A stretch of DNA of 32,000 nt from Dickeya dadantii NCPPB 898 (GTDB lineage Bacteria > Pseudomonadota > Gammaproteobacteria > Enterobacterales > Enterobacteriaceae). The notes beneath the pieces were generated by a model, which saw only the letters and a list, made by a program, of their open reading frames with translations, was not told where the DNA came from and did no database searches. Shown here piece after piece: positions 1 to 8,149 of the stretch. Every line of letters begins with the position of its first letter. The first letter of the stretch is position 1. The translations under genes and the position numbers were made by a program. The DNA lies in assembly GCF_000406145.1 (NCBI RefSeq), contig NZ_CM001976.1, forward strand, positions 2,595,116 through 2,627,115, in the 5' to 3' direction.

Positions 1-741
1 TGCCCCGGTGTCCAGCGCCAGCGCCGGCGACGGCCCCTCGCCCGTCTGCGCCGTCACCCGCCCGGCCGCGTCCACCCGGTTCGCCCCCAGCACCACCCGC
101 GCGTCCCGCGCGCTCAGCCCCGCCTGCAGGCTCGCCGTGCGCGCTATCAGCGCAAAGTAGTCGCTCCCGCTCGCGTCCAGTCCCGCCCCGTCTATCAGGA
201 TGTCCCCGCCGCGCACGTCCAGCCCGTCAAGCCGCCCCGCCGCGTCAAACCGCGGGGTGCCGGTGGTCAGGGTAAGGCGCGGGGTGTTGAGAAAGCCGCA
301 GCCGCTGCAGGTGATGCCGTACGGGTTCGCCACCACCACGTTCGCCGACTGACCCGCCACCTCCAGGTAGCCCGCCAGCCGGCTGCGGTTCGGCGACACC
401 ACCTCGTTGAGGATGGCCGAGGCGGCGCGCCCGTTCAGGTTGGGGTTGTTCTGCAGCAGCCCGCCCAGCTGGCTCGGGGTCAGTTGCGCGGTGCCGTTGT
501 TGAGGATAAGGCCGCGGTTGTCGACGTTGAAGTCGTGGTAGCGGTTGTGCGACAGCCCCGCGGCGTCCGGCGTGGCGATGTTCACCACCGGCACCCCGTT
601 GCCCGCCGCCTCCAGCGCCGTGTTCCCCGACGCCACCGTCACCCCCGCCGCCCATGCCGGCAGCAGCGGCTGCAGCCCCGTCAGCCACACCAGCCCCCAC
701 GCCATCACCCGCTGCGACGTCTTCACCTTCACCGCTTTCAT
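1..741 (-). CDS. hecA: Two-partner-secretion exoprotein (HecA / CdiA / filamentous-haemagglutinin family). Only the N-terminal 247 codons are present; the gene continues past the window start.
   Basis: My own minus-strand translation from ATG 741-739 gives MKAVKVKTSQRVMAWGLVWLTGLQPLLPAWAAGVTVASGNTALEAAGNGVPVVNIATPDAAGLSHNRYHDFNVDNRGLILNN...LLQNNPNLNGRAASAILNEVV...VVANPYGITCSGCGF... This is a signal peptide followed by a TPS secretion domain with NPNL and NPxG-type motifs. The frame is open to position 1, so it is missing from the ORF track. It lies 71 nt downstream of the TpsB gene hecB. Confidence 0.88.
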   Translation of the reverse strand, partial: MKAVKVKTSQRVMAWGLVWLTGLQPLLPAWAAGVTVASGNTALEAAGNGVPVVNIATPDAAGLSHNRYHDFNVDNRGLILNNGTAQLTPSQLGGLLQNNPNLNGRAASAILNEVVSPNRSRLAGYLEVAGQSANVVVANPYGITCSGCGFLNTPRLTLTTGTPRFDAAGRLDGLDVRGGDILIDGAGLDASGSDYFALIARTASLQAGLSARDARVVLGANRVDAAGRVTAQTGEGPSPALALDTGA

Positions 742-812
742 CCCTGAACTCCTGCTGCATGAAAAACTCAATACCATGAAAGCATTGAAAAAATGTTGAT
801 TTATTACATGTG

Positions 813-2492
813 TTAGAACGACAAACCCACCCGATAACCCACCACCACGGTGTCGGGCTGTAACCATGCCGGATAGGAAATCGGCCACCCCACCGTTACC
901 TGCTGGCTCAGCCAGCGGCTGGCAACGGTTACGCCGACGGCGCCGCCCCATAATGAGGCCGCCGTCGAGTCATCCTGTTTATGGTTATAAAGATGACCGC
1001 CATCGACCGCCGCCATGAAGGTGACGTTGCCCAGCACCGGCAGTTGCCATGCCTGCCAGTTCAATTCGTTACGCCAGTAGGCGCCCCGGTTGCCGGAGGT
1101 GTACTGCTCGCGGAATCCGCGCACGGAGGATTCCCCGCCCAGCGTCATCTGCTCGCTGCCGTAAAGCGCGCGGGCCGAGTACTGGCCGTACAGGCTGCCG
1201 AGGTAAGTAATGCTGTCGGTAAGGGGGTAGTAATAGCTGGCCGACAGCGTCCATTTGTTGAACTCGGCTCGCGGTTCGTCCGCGCTTTTATCGGTGTCGG
1301 TTTCCGCGCCAAGCCAACGCACGCCGCGGTTGTAAGTCGGGTTGAAGGTCGCCAGCCCGCCCCACAGTTTCTGACTGTGGTTGACGCCGAGCGACACGCT
1401 GCTCAGCTTGCGGCTGCTGGACGGCAATAGCGTCCCGTTGAGGTAGTTATTGCCGGTGCGCTGGCTGAGTGTTCCGGCGATGGCGGTTTTCATGGTGCCG
1501 TTGCGGAACACCACGCGGGACAGCGATAGCCGATGGGTATCGCTGTCGCCGGTGGAATGCCAGGGAAAATCGCGGCTGATGAACGTATTGCGATAACGGC
1601 TTTGGGAGTAGCTGTAACCCAGGTTCCAGTAACCATACGGCATAGAGAAACCGGCCTGCAGGCTTTCCGCATCGTGGCTGGTGGCAAAACGGCTACTGTG
1701 GCCGGCGCTGATAAACCACTGGTCGGCCACGCCGAACAGGTTATCCAGCGCCAGACTGCCGTTGAGCTGCTGTTCGCCGGTGCTTTTTTGTCCGCTGTTA
1801 TCGAAGGTGACGCCGCCGGTGAACGGCAGGTGCGCCTCGCGGGTCAGGTTCACCACCGAATACCCCGGCTGACTGCCCGGCAGAATCTCGATCGTGACCT
1901 GCTGAGACGGCATGCGGTTCATCTGCTCCATGCCTTGTTCAATATCGCGCAGGTTCAGGATCTCCCCTTCCCGCGCCGGAAACGCGGTGCGGGTCATCCG
2001 TTCCGTCTGGTTATTGATGGTGATCTTTTCCAGCCGCCCTTCCAGGATCTCCAGTTGCAGCACGCCGCCAGACAGATCCTGTTCGCTCAGAAACGCCCGG
2101 CTGGTGATGTAGCCGCGCTGGATGTACCAGTTGCTGACGTCATGCATCAACTGGTTGATCTGCTCAAGATTATTACAGCGATTAAGGTAGCTGGCGGTCA
2201 GCGCCGTCTGGTCGCGCTGGCCCAGCAACGTACTGTGATTAAAGCGGATTTCGCGCAGGGTAAAACAGGGGCCTTGCAGCGCATTGTCCGCTTTCAGCGG
2301 CGCCTGCACGATATTGTTTAATTGCTGTAATGCTTCCCGCTGCTGGCGAGATTGCTCAATCACTTCCGACTGGCGTTGCTGGGTTTCGTTTCGCTCCGCC
2401 GGGTTCAACGATGCGGAAAACGCAGAGGCGGTATAACCGATGAGGGAAAAACAGACGATCAGGCCAGTTTTCCTGCTACTGACAAACATCAT
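813..2492 (-). CDS. hecB: TpsB outer-membrane transporter / activator (ShlB/FhaC/HecB family, CdiB-like)
   Basis: 559-aa ORF with signal peptide MMFVSSRKTGLIVCFSLIGYTASAFSA. It has the POTRA-plus-beta-barrel architecture typical of ShlB-type proteins and a C-terminal ...VGYRVGLSF. It sits directly upstream of a TPS-domain gene. Confidence 0.9.
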   Translation of the reverse strand: MMFVSSRKTGLIVCFSLIGYTASAFSASLNPAERNETQQRQSEVIEQSRQQREALQQLNNIVQAPLKADNALQGPCFTLREIRFNHSTLLGQRDQTALTASYLNRCNNLEQINQLMHDVSNWYIQRGYITSRAFLSEQDLSGGVLQLEILEGRLEKITINNQTERMTRTAFPAREGEILNLRDIEQGMEQMNRMPSQQVTIEILPGSQPGYSVVNLTREAHLPFTGGVTFDNSGQKSTGEQQLNGSLALDNLFGVADQWFISAGHSSRFATSHDAESLQAGFSMPYGYWNLGYSYSQSRYRNTFISRDFPWHSTGDSDTHRLSLSRVVFRNGTMKTAIAGTLSQRTGNNYLNGTLLPSSSRKLSSVSLGVNHSQKLWGGLATFNPTYNRGVRWLGAETDTDKSADEPRAEFNKWTLSASYYYPLTDSITYLGSLYGQYSARALYGSEQMTLGGESSVRGFREQYTSGNRGAYWRNELNWQAWQLPVLGNVTFMAAVDGGHLYNHKQDDSTAASLWGGAVGVTVASRWLSQQVTVGWPISYPAWLQPDTVVVGYRVGLSF

Positions 2493-2838
2493 GCACGTCC
2501 ATGTAATAGAAACAGATGGTAAAAATTGCCGAAATAATAATGCGCATTCCTTTCAAAAACAATACAAAAACTTACAATTCAGCTGACAGTAAAAACGGGA
2601 ATATTAAAATCAAGCAACTGATTTTAAATAACTAATTTAATTTCCTATAAAAAGAAAACCTAAAAAGCATCGCTAACGTCATGAGGTATGGCGGGAGAAA
2701 ATGTAAAAATAAGGAAACTGAATTTTCATCAGATGTAACAACTGTTCGCTTTTTAAGCGAACCATTCTGTGAGATCTCTCCGCCACTGTCTCATTTGCAG
2801 AACTGATTATTTCGGGTAACAGCACCAGACGGAGAAAA

Positions 2839-3240
2839 ATGATGACTAACCAACTCAAGATTGTCCGGCCGGATCACGCCACGGATACAACGCAAAAACT
2901 GCCTTATTTTGTCGGTATTTCCCGCGATACCGTCGGCGCCAAACACATCTCCATGAATATCGTGGTGATCCCCGCCGGGGCGGAGGCGGAACCGCACTAC
3001 CACGTTGATTACGAAACCGCGATCTATCTGCTGAAGGGCCGGATCGAAACGCGTTACGGCACCGATTTATCACAGACCTGCCTTCATCTGGCCGGCGAGT
3101 TTCTTTATATTCCGCCCGGCGTGCCTCATCAGCCCCGCAACCTGAGCGATGAGGAGGACGCCATCGCGATTGTGGCGCGCAACGACGCCAATGAACGGGA
3201 AAATGTGCGTTTATACCAGGTGGTGGATGACAACGAATAA
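2839..3240 (+). CDS. Small cupin-domain protein (function unknown)
   Basis: 133-aa ORF with GGAG 5-8 nt upstream of ATGATG. Cupin-like motifs are present: ...PHYHVDYETAIYLLKGRIE... and ...GEFLYIPPGVPHQPRN. Hairpin terminators follow the gene. Confidence 0.75.
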   Translation: MMTNQLKIVRPDHATDTTQKLPYFVGISRDTVGAKHISMNIVVIPAGAEAEPHYHVDYETAIYLLKGRIETRYGTDLSQTCLHLAGEFLYIPPGVPHQPRNLSDEEDAIAIVARNDANERENVRLYQVVDDNE

Positions 3241-3254
3241 GGCGGGGCCAGGTT

Positions 3255-3274
3255 GCGCCGCTCGGCGCGTTTTT
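3255..3274 (+). terminator. Candidate intrinsic terminator after the cupin gene
   Basis: GCGCC-gctc-GGCGC stem followed by GTTTTT, 15 nt after the stop codon. Confidence 0.45.
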
Positions 3275-3337
3275 CAGCCCAAAACCCGGTTTCAGGAAAC
3301 CACTCGGTTTCCCAACAGCGCCAGACTCCAAAAAGAA

Positions 3338-3362
3338 AAGAGACAGGCTGCCCTGTCTCTTT
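3338..3362. terminator. Bidirectional intrinsic terminator shared by the cupin gene (+) and hrpN (-)
   Basis: Stem GAGACAGG (3340-3347), loop ctgc, stem CCTGTCTC (3352-3359). It is flanked by an A-rich run on the left and T6 on the right, so either strand reads as stem plus U-tract. Confidence 0.8.
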
Positions 3363-3399
3363 TTTCGTTTCCGATTTATCGGGCAACCGCCTCGGCGTA

Positions 3400-4428
3400 T
3401 CAGGCGTGAGCCAGCTTACCCAGCGACATGTTGGCGATCTTGTCGCCGACTACCGCGGCATCGATACCCAACGATGCGCCGCCCGCTCCACGCAGGTTCA
3501 GGTTGGTGTTGCCGGTATCGCCCGCCACGGCGCTTTTGATCATGCCCAGCGCCTGACGGAATTTGTCCATGCTGGCGCCGGTCATGCCGTCATCATCCGG
3601 TTTGCTCAGCGCTTTGGCCCAGGATTTGTCGTCAGTTTTCGCTGAACTCCAGCCATCTTTCTGATACTGTGGTTTACCAAAAATTTCCGGATACTGATCC
3701 ATAAACTGGCCGATCTCTTTCGCCAGGCCACGATCTTCTTTATCCACGAAATTACGGTTGTTGCCGTCGACATGGGTGCTGACATTGCTCAGCGCATTCA
3801 GCGCCGCATTCTGACCAACGCCCATACCGATGGCGTTACCCAGTTGGCTGAACGAGCCGGCGCCGCTCAGGCCCTGCAAACCGCCGGCACCCAGCGACAA
3901 CGGCGAGAAACCGCCCATCGCCTGACCCAGGCCGTTGCCCAGAATCGACGACAGTGCGTCGTTCAGACCGCTGCCGAAGGCATTCATATTACCCTGGGTC
4001 ATCTGGCTGGCATTCAGCAATGAATTAGCCAGTTGGTTGCTCTGGTTAGTCAGCTTGGTCACGGTGTCATGGCCCAGCAGATCGTCCAGCGCTTTATCAA
4101 ACATTTTTGACAAGGCATCGCTGCCGGATTGCGGTTTGGAAAGCACGTTGCCTGCGCCTTGTGCGCCGCTACCAAAGGTATTGAGCGACGCACCAAGCTG
4201 GTTGCCTGCACCACGCGCCAAACCGGAACCCATCCCCTGCGACAGCGCGCCGCCAAACATCATCGACGTCAACGCAGAGGTCAGCTTATCGATGGTGCCG
4301 CTGAGTTTGTCCAGGCTGGAACCCAGGGATGACGTCGCGGAGTTCAGTCCCTTCAGACCCTGAGCACCCAGGCCCAGGCCGGAGACGCCCAAATCACCGC
4401 CGATGTGCGCTTTGATCGTAATTTGCAT
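3400..4428 (-). CDS. hrpN: Harpin HrpN (glycine-rich, cysteine-free T3SS-secreted protein)
   Basis: 342-aa ORF starting [30 protein letters not shown]... and ending ...[22 protein letters not shown]. It is Gly/Ser/Asn/Leu rich with no Cys, and closely resembles the E. chrysanthemi HrpN sequence as I remember it. SD GAGGAA precedes the start and a hrp box lies about 100 nt upstream. Confidence 0.95.
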   Translation of the reverse strand: MQITIKAHIGGDLGVSGLGLGAQGLKGLNSATSSLGSSLDKLSGTIDKLTSALTSMMFGGALSQGMGSGLARGAGNQLGASLNTFGSGAQGAGNVLSKPQSGSDALSKMFDKALDDLLGHDTVTKLTNQSNQLANSLLNASQMTQGNMNAFGSGLNDALSSILGNGLGQAMGGFSPLSLGAGGLQGLSGAGSFSQLGNAIGMGVGQNAALNALSNVSTHVDGNNRNFVDKEDRGLAKEIGQFMDQYPEIFGKPQYQKDGWSSAKTDDKSWAKALSKPDDDGMTGASMDKFRQALGMIKSAVAGDTGNTNLNLRGAGGASLGIDAAVVGDKIANMSLGKLAHA

Positions 4429-4525
4429 AATTTCGTTTCCTCATTCATGTCAGGTGTTCACAAAAGTATCTGCAACGGATGCCCGCTCCGATCCCGATGC
4501 GGGCATCATGATGGATACTGGTTAA

Positions 4526-4553
4526 TGAGTGACGCCAGCGGTGAAACGGTTCC
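4526..4553 (-). promoter_or_regulatory. HrpL-dependent hrp-box promoter of hrpN
   Basis: Minus strand reads GGAACC (4553-4548) - 15 nt - TCACTCA (4532-4526). The consensus is GGAACC-N15/16-CCACNNA, so there is one mismatch. Confidence 0.8.
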
Positions 4554-4591
4554 CTGCCGTCGCCGGTTCGCCGCAAAAAAAGCAACCGTTG

Positions 4592-5002
4592 TTACCCCAA
4601 CGATCGAACCATGCCGACACCGGGTTGCGGGCGTACCGCCCGATCCGCTGAAACCGACGGCAGCGACAGACCCGCCAGCTCGAACAGGCGCTCCATCACT
4701 TGCGGGTAGGTATCGGGCGCCGGCGGTAACGGCCACCAGAGGATCAACACATCGCTGCCGTTCAGGCACAGGTGGCAACCATCGCACTCCGCCGCCTGTT
4801 GATGACGACGGCCGAGCACGCCACGTACCATGCCGGGATACTGTTGCCCCGGTTGAATCTGCAACATCAGTTCACGGCCGATATCGCCGTACTGAAACAC
4901 CAGGTCGACGCCGGATTGCGGCGACCAGCGTGCCGCCTGGTGCCGGCTCATCGCCGCCATAAAGGCCGTAACGGTGTCGAAAACCTCGATGCCGTCCGTC
5001 AT
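4592..5002 (-). CDS. hrpV: HrpV-like small T3SS regulator/chaperone-type protein (named by position)
   Basis: Last gene of the hrpF-hrpG-hrcC-hrpT-hrpV operon order. The start MTDGIEVFD... at ATG 5002-5000 overlaps the hrpT stop (ATGA coupling). The track's longer 154-aa version would overlap hrpT by 58 nt. Confidence 0.65.
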   Translation of the reverse strand: MTDGIEVFDTVTAFMAAMSRHQAARWSPQSGVDLVFQYGDIGRELMLQIQPGQQYPGMVRGVLGRRHQQAAECDGCHLCLNGSDVLILWWPLPPAPDTYPQVMERLFELAGLSLPSVSADRAVRPQPGVGMVRSLG

Positions 5003-5187
5003 AGCACGCTCACCCGGGTAAAATCGGCGGCGCCGGGGCGCATGTCCGTCTGCCACCAGATCACCATCTGCCGGTTATCCGGCTCGGGGCGGCAACTGAC
5101 CGAATCGCAGGCGCCCAGCGGCGCACGGGCGGCACAGGCGCTGAGCAGCAGCGAACCGCACAGCACCAGAAGTGTTTGATAACGCAT
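4999..5187 (-). CDS. hrpT: HrpT small outer-membrane lipoprotein (pilotin-like, secretin-associated)
   Basis: 62 aa, with lipoprotein signal MRYQTLLVLCGSLLLSAC (lipobox LSAC). SD GGGAG is upstream. It lies immediately downstream of the secretin gene. Confidence 0.8.
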   Translation of the reverse strand: MRYQTLLVLCGSLLLSACAARAPLGACDSVSCRPEPDNRQMVIWWQTDMRPGAADFTRVSVL

Positions 5188-5221
5188 GGCTTTTCTCCCT
5201 AAAGGCTATGATGGTAAATCG

Positions 5222-7291
5222 TCAGGGTTTAATCAGTGACGCGCGTGATGGCTGCGCGTTTTTGGCCGGTAACAGCGCCAGATACACCTCGGTGGATTCG
5301 CCGGGCGCCAGCGTGGTTTTCGGCCACGCGGCCACCGCCAGCGTGCGACTGCTGGCGCAGTTGGCTTCGTCAAAGCGCTGAGGGCGAGTACCGATGTTTT
5401 TCACCACCCCCACCGCCAGACTGAGGGTCAAATTGCTGTACCACTGATGCCGGTTGCTCTGATAACTCAGCGACGGCGACGTGCGGCAAAACTCCGACAG
5501 GCGCGCCCCACTGCCGTCGATGGTGAATCCGGCGGGCGTCTGGCCGCTGGCCAGCTCGCGCATGGCGCTCTCAACCACGCTGAACAGATCGGTTTTGCTG
5601 TTGCGCTGCGCCACGCGCCCCATGGCGTCGTTGAGCTGGCGACGGTTATCCGCCGACACGAATCGGGTGGGATCGTTCTGATCGCCAATCAGGTGCGGGG
5701 TAAGAATGAACAGCCGTTCGCGGCGAGACACTTCATGCTGGCGCGAGGTGAACAGTTTGCCGATCCAGGGAATATCGCCCAGCAGCGGCACGCGCTTATC
5801 ACGATCGCCGCTCTCTTCCACGTGGAACCCACCCAGCACCAGCGCCCGATTTTCGCCGATCAACGCCTGCGTGCTGACGGTGCCGCGCTTCACGCCGGAG
5901 GCGGTGCCTTCGGTATTGGTTTCCACCTGACCGTCTTCAATGTCGATCACCAGTTGAATGCTGCTCAGGCTGCCGCGGCCGACCACGCGCGGCGTTACCT
6001 GCAGACTGGTGCCGGCGGTCACCGGCTGCACATTAGCCACCCGCTCACCGGTGGCGGTGATAAAGGCGGTGCGGCTGAAGTCGATCACCGCGGGCTGGTT
6101 TTCCAGCGTCAGCACCGACGGATTGGCGACAATCGACGCGGTACCTTCCCCTTCCAGCGCCTGAATATCGGCGAAGAAGCGTTTGAAATCGCTGACAAAC
6201 AGCGTGCTGGAGCCAGACATCATGTTGGCGCCGCCGGTGACCGCGCCCAGCTTGCCCTGCCAGTTGGCCTCCAGCCGGGAGAGCGCGGTGCGATCGACAT
6301 CCAGGATGATCGCATCGATATTGACCAGATTTTGCGGCACGTCGATCTTGTCGATCAGTTGCTGGTATTCATCCCGACGCTTTTCGTCGTCGCGGATCAG
6401 CAGCGCGTTATTACGCACATCCGCCGATACCTTGCCGTTAAGTTGATCTTTTTTACGGGCGGCGGCCGTCGCGCCACCGCTGGATCGTGTCGCCAACCGG
6501 GCCAGCATGGCGCGGGCATTGAGTTCAATCGCCTGACTGGCATCTTGCCCGCCGCCGCTGGCCGCCGCCATCGCGCCGTCGTTGCCCATGCCGCTGGCGG
6601 CGGCCGACGCGCCGGCAGGTGTGTTCCGGTTGCCATCCATCAATTCATTCAGAATGGTCGCCACGCCGGGGATCACCAGACGTTGATCGCGATACTGAAT
6701 GGTGCGATCCGACACCGAGGCATAACGCAGCGGAAAAATCATCACTTTGCGGCGATCTTCCTTGGTTTCGCGTTGCTGGCTGAAGTTACGAATCAGGTTG
6801 ACGTACTCCGCCGGGCCGGTGACCAGCACCACGCCCTCTTCCGGCAGTTCTCCCCAGCCAAAACGCGAATCCAGCAAGCCAATGCCGGTCAGCGCCTGTT
6901 TCATATCCGGCGCCGCATCCTGCGACACTTCAATGCGCACCGATGTCTGCTCATCCTGCGGGCTGACGTACAGCACATTGTTGTAGACGAACCACTGAAA
7001 ACGGTGCTCCAGCGCCAGCCGGTCCAGAAACGCCACCGCATTGTCGGCGCGGATTTTGGCCTCGACGTTAATGTCCTGAATGTTGCCCAGCACCAGATCG
7101 ACGCCGTGGCTATTGGCGAAATCCTGCAACACTGCCGACAGCGGCGTCTGCTCGGCGGAATAGGCATACGCGCCTTTGCTCCAGTCGGGCGGCGTCGCCG
7201 CGTGCGCGATGGGCAACATCCCCATCAGCACCAGCGACCAGCAGAACAGGCGGTAGAGGTTGAACAATAGTGCATACAGCGCGTTACGCAT
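5222..7291 (-). CDS. hrcC: T3SS outer-membrane secretin HrcC (SctC)
   Basis: 689-aa ORF with a signal peptide ending ...LPIAHAATPP. The secretin core includes ...VLGGFHVEESGDRDKRVPLLGDIPWIGKLFTSRQHEVSRRERLFILTPHLI. Confidence 0.95.
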   Translation of the reverse strand: MRNALYALLFNLYRLFCWSLVLMGMLPIAHAATPPDWSKGAYAYSAEQTPLSAVLQDFANSHGVDLVLGNIQDINVEAKIRADNAVAFLDRLALEHRFQWFVYNNVLYVSPQDEQTSVRIEVSQDAAPDMKQALTGIGLLDSRFGWGELPEEGVVLVTGPAEYVNLIRNFSQQRETKEDRRKVMIFPLRYASVSDRTIQYRDQRLVIPGVATILNELMDGNRNTPAGASAAASGMGNDGAMAAASGGGQDASQAIELNARAMLARLATRSSGGATAAARKKDQLNGKVSADVRNNALLIRDDEKRRDEYQQLIDKIDVPQNLVNIDAIILDVDRTALSRLEANWQGKLGAVTGGANMMSGSSTLFVSDFKRFFADIQALEGEGTASIVANPSVLTLENQPAVIDFSRTAFITATGERVANVQPVTAGTSLQVTPRVVGRGSLSSIQLVIDIEDGQVETNTEGTASGVKRGTVSTQALIGENRALVLGGFHVEESGDRDKRVPLLGDIPWIGKLFTSRQHEVSRRERLFILTPHLIGDQNDPTRFVSADNRRQLNDAMGRVAQRNSKTDLFSVVESAMRELASGQTPAGFTIDGSGARLSEFCRTSPSLSYQSNRHQWYSNLTLSLAVGVVKNIGTRPQRFDEANCASSRTLAVAAWPKTTLAPGESTEVYLALLPAKNAQPSRASLIKP

Positions 7292-7718
7292 GCTGATCTC
7301 CTTGCAAAAAAGCCAGTGTTTTCAAATTCAGCGGCGGCGGCGATGCCGGTCTGGCCAACGGCACCAACAGGCTCTGCCAGACATCCCGCTGATTAACCAG
7401 CGCTTCCATTGAACGACACAGCCGAATCGGGTCATCCGGCTCGCGTCGCATCAGTAACCATAATTGCTCGTCGGCGGCGGACCAGCAGAGGGCGGCAGCG
7501 TCCATGCCCAGTCGCAGCACGGCGGCCGACGAATAGCGCAGCGCCTTGTGCAACAGCCGGTCATCCACCTTGACCGGCAGCGTGACGACGGCGGAGCAGC
7601 CCACACCGTCGTGATAACGGGTCAACACCACCGGGCTGCCGTCAATATGCAGCGTCAGCTGGCCCGCGGCGCTGTTGAGCCAGCGTTCGATGACCCCGAT
7701 CAACTCAGTTGAAGTCAT
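7284..7718 (-). CDS. hrpG: HrpG (small T3SS regulatory/chaperone-like protein, named by position)
   Basis: The ORF lies between hrpF and hrcC, and its stop overlaps the hrcC ATG by 8 nt. Start chosen at ATG 7718 (MTSTELIGVIERW..., 144 aa). The alternative ATG 7742 (152 aa) would overlap hrpF by 38 nt. Confidence 0.65.
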   Translation of the reverse strand: MTSTELIGVIERWLNSAAGQLTLHIDGSPVVLTRYHDGVGCSAVVTLPVKVDDRLLHKALRYSSAAVLRLGMDAAALCWSAADEQLWLLMRREPDDPIRLCRSMEALVNQRDVWQSLLVPLARPASPPPLNLKTLAFLQGDQHA

Positions 7719-7932
7719 TGATGATGGCCTTTGCCAGACCATGCTTGACGCTCAGCATCTGCCCGGCGGCCCAGTTGGCGTTCGAGTAGTCCATACTGGC
7801 CTCATAAAAGGCATAGCTATCCGCCGCGCTGACCTCTCCCTCCGAGACGTTCAGTGCCATCTCGTCGAGCCGGGACTGCGCATCGACAAACGCACCGTCC
7901 AACCGGCGCTGAATAGGTGAAGATGAAGACAT
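7705..7932 (-). CDS. hrpF: HrpF, a 75-aa T3SS protein with a needle-subunit-like C-terminus
   Basis: First ORF after a perfect hrp box. The protein is MSSSSPIQRRLDGAFVDAQSRLDEM...SVKHGLAKAIINDFN. Confidence 0.8.
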   Translation of the reverse strand: MSSSSPIQRRLDGAFVDAQSRLDEMALNVSEGEVSAADSYAFYEASMDYSNANWAAGQMLSVKHGLAKAIINDFN

Positions 7933-7994
7933 GATTACGTACCCCCGTTGGTTGAGCTGGTATGGTTGTTGAACAGATATGGTTGGCCTGCAGT

Positions 7995-8022
7995 TGTGTG
8001 GCCGGGGAGCGACGGCGGTTCC
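7995..8022 (-). promoter_or_regulatory. HrpL-dependent hrp-box promoter of the hrpF-hrpG-hrcC-hrpT-hrpV operon
   Basis: Minus strand reads GGAACC (8022-8017) - 15 nt - CCACACA (8001-7995), a perfect consensus 62 nt upstream of the hrpF ATG. Confidence 0.88.
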
Positions 8023-8093
8023 ATTTGAGTGGGGGAAAGATGGGCGGAAAACGGTGGCGCCCGGAAGTGCAATACATGCGAATAAATAAGATG

Positions 8094-8123
8094 AAAACAG
8101 GCCGTACCTGACGGAACGGCCTG
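8094..8123 (-). terminator. Candidate intrinsic terminator after the plcA-like gene
   Basis: Perfect 8-bp inverted repeat CAGGCCGT (8098-8105) / ACGGCCTG (8116-8123) with a 10-nt loop. On the minus strand it is followed by TTTT (8097-8094). It lies 27 nt after the stop. Confidence 0.55.
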
Positions 8124-8149
8124 CTCGTTTAGCCTACGGTAGAGGCGCG

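Noticed and set aside
245-760. 171-aa minus-strand ORF (Gly/Ala/Arg-rich), plus the plus-strand ORFs 484-747 and 545-799
   Set aside because: These are the wrong frame or strand of hecA. The genuine frame (ATG 741, TPS domain with NPNL/NPxG motifs) is open to position 1. These ORFs are low-complexity artefacts of very high GC.
3295-3312. Perfect hairpin GGAAACC-actc-GGTTTCC between the cupin gene and hrpN. It superficially resembles a hrp-box half-site.
   Set aside because: It reads GGAAACC, not GGAACC, and has no -10 element. It is most simply an extra stem-loop in a terminator-rich convergent spacer.
5447-7270. 607-aa plus-strand ORF antisense to hrcC. Similar long antisense ORFs occur at 1533-2321, 13210-14136, 21582-22196, 25258-26037 and 27734-28615.
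   Set aside because: Each lies fully inside a well-supported conserved gene on the other strand. They are Arg/Gly/Ala/His-rich with no recognisable motifs, typical of stop-codon-poor antisense frames in GC-rich DNA.
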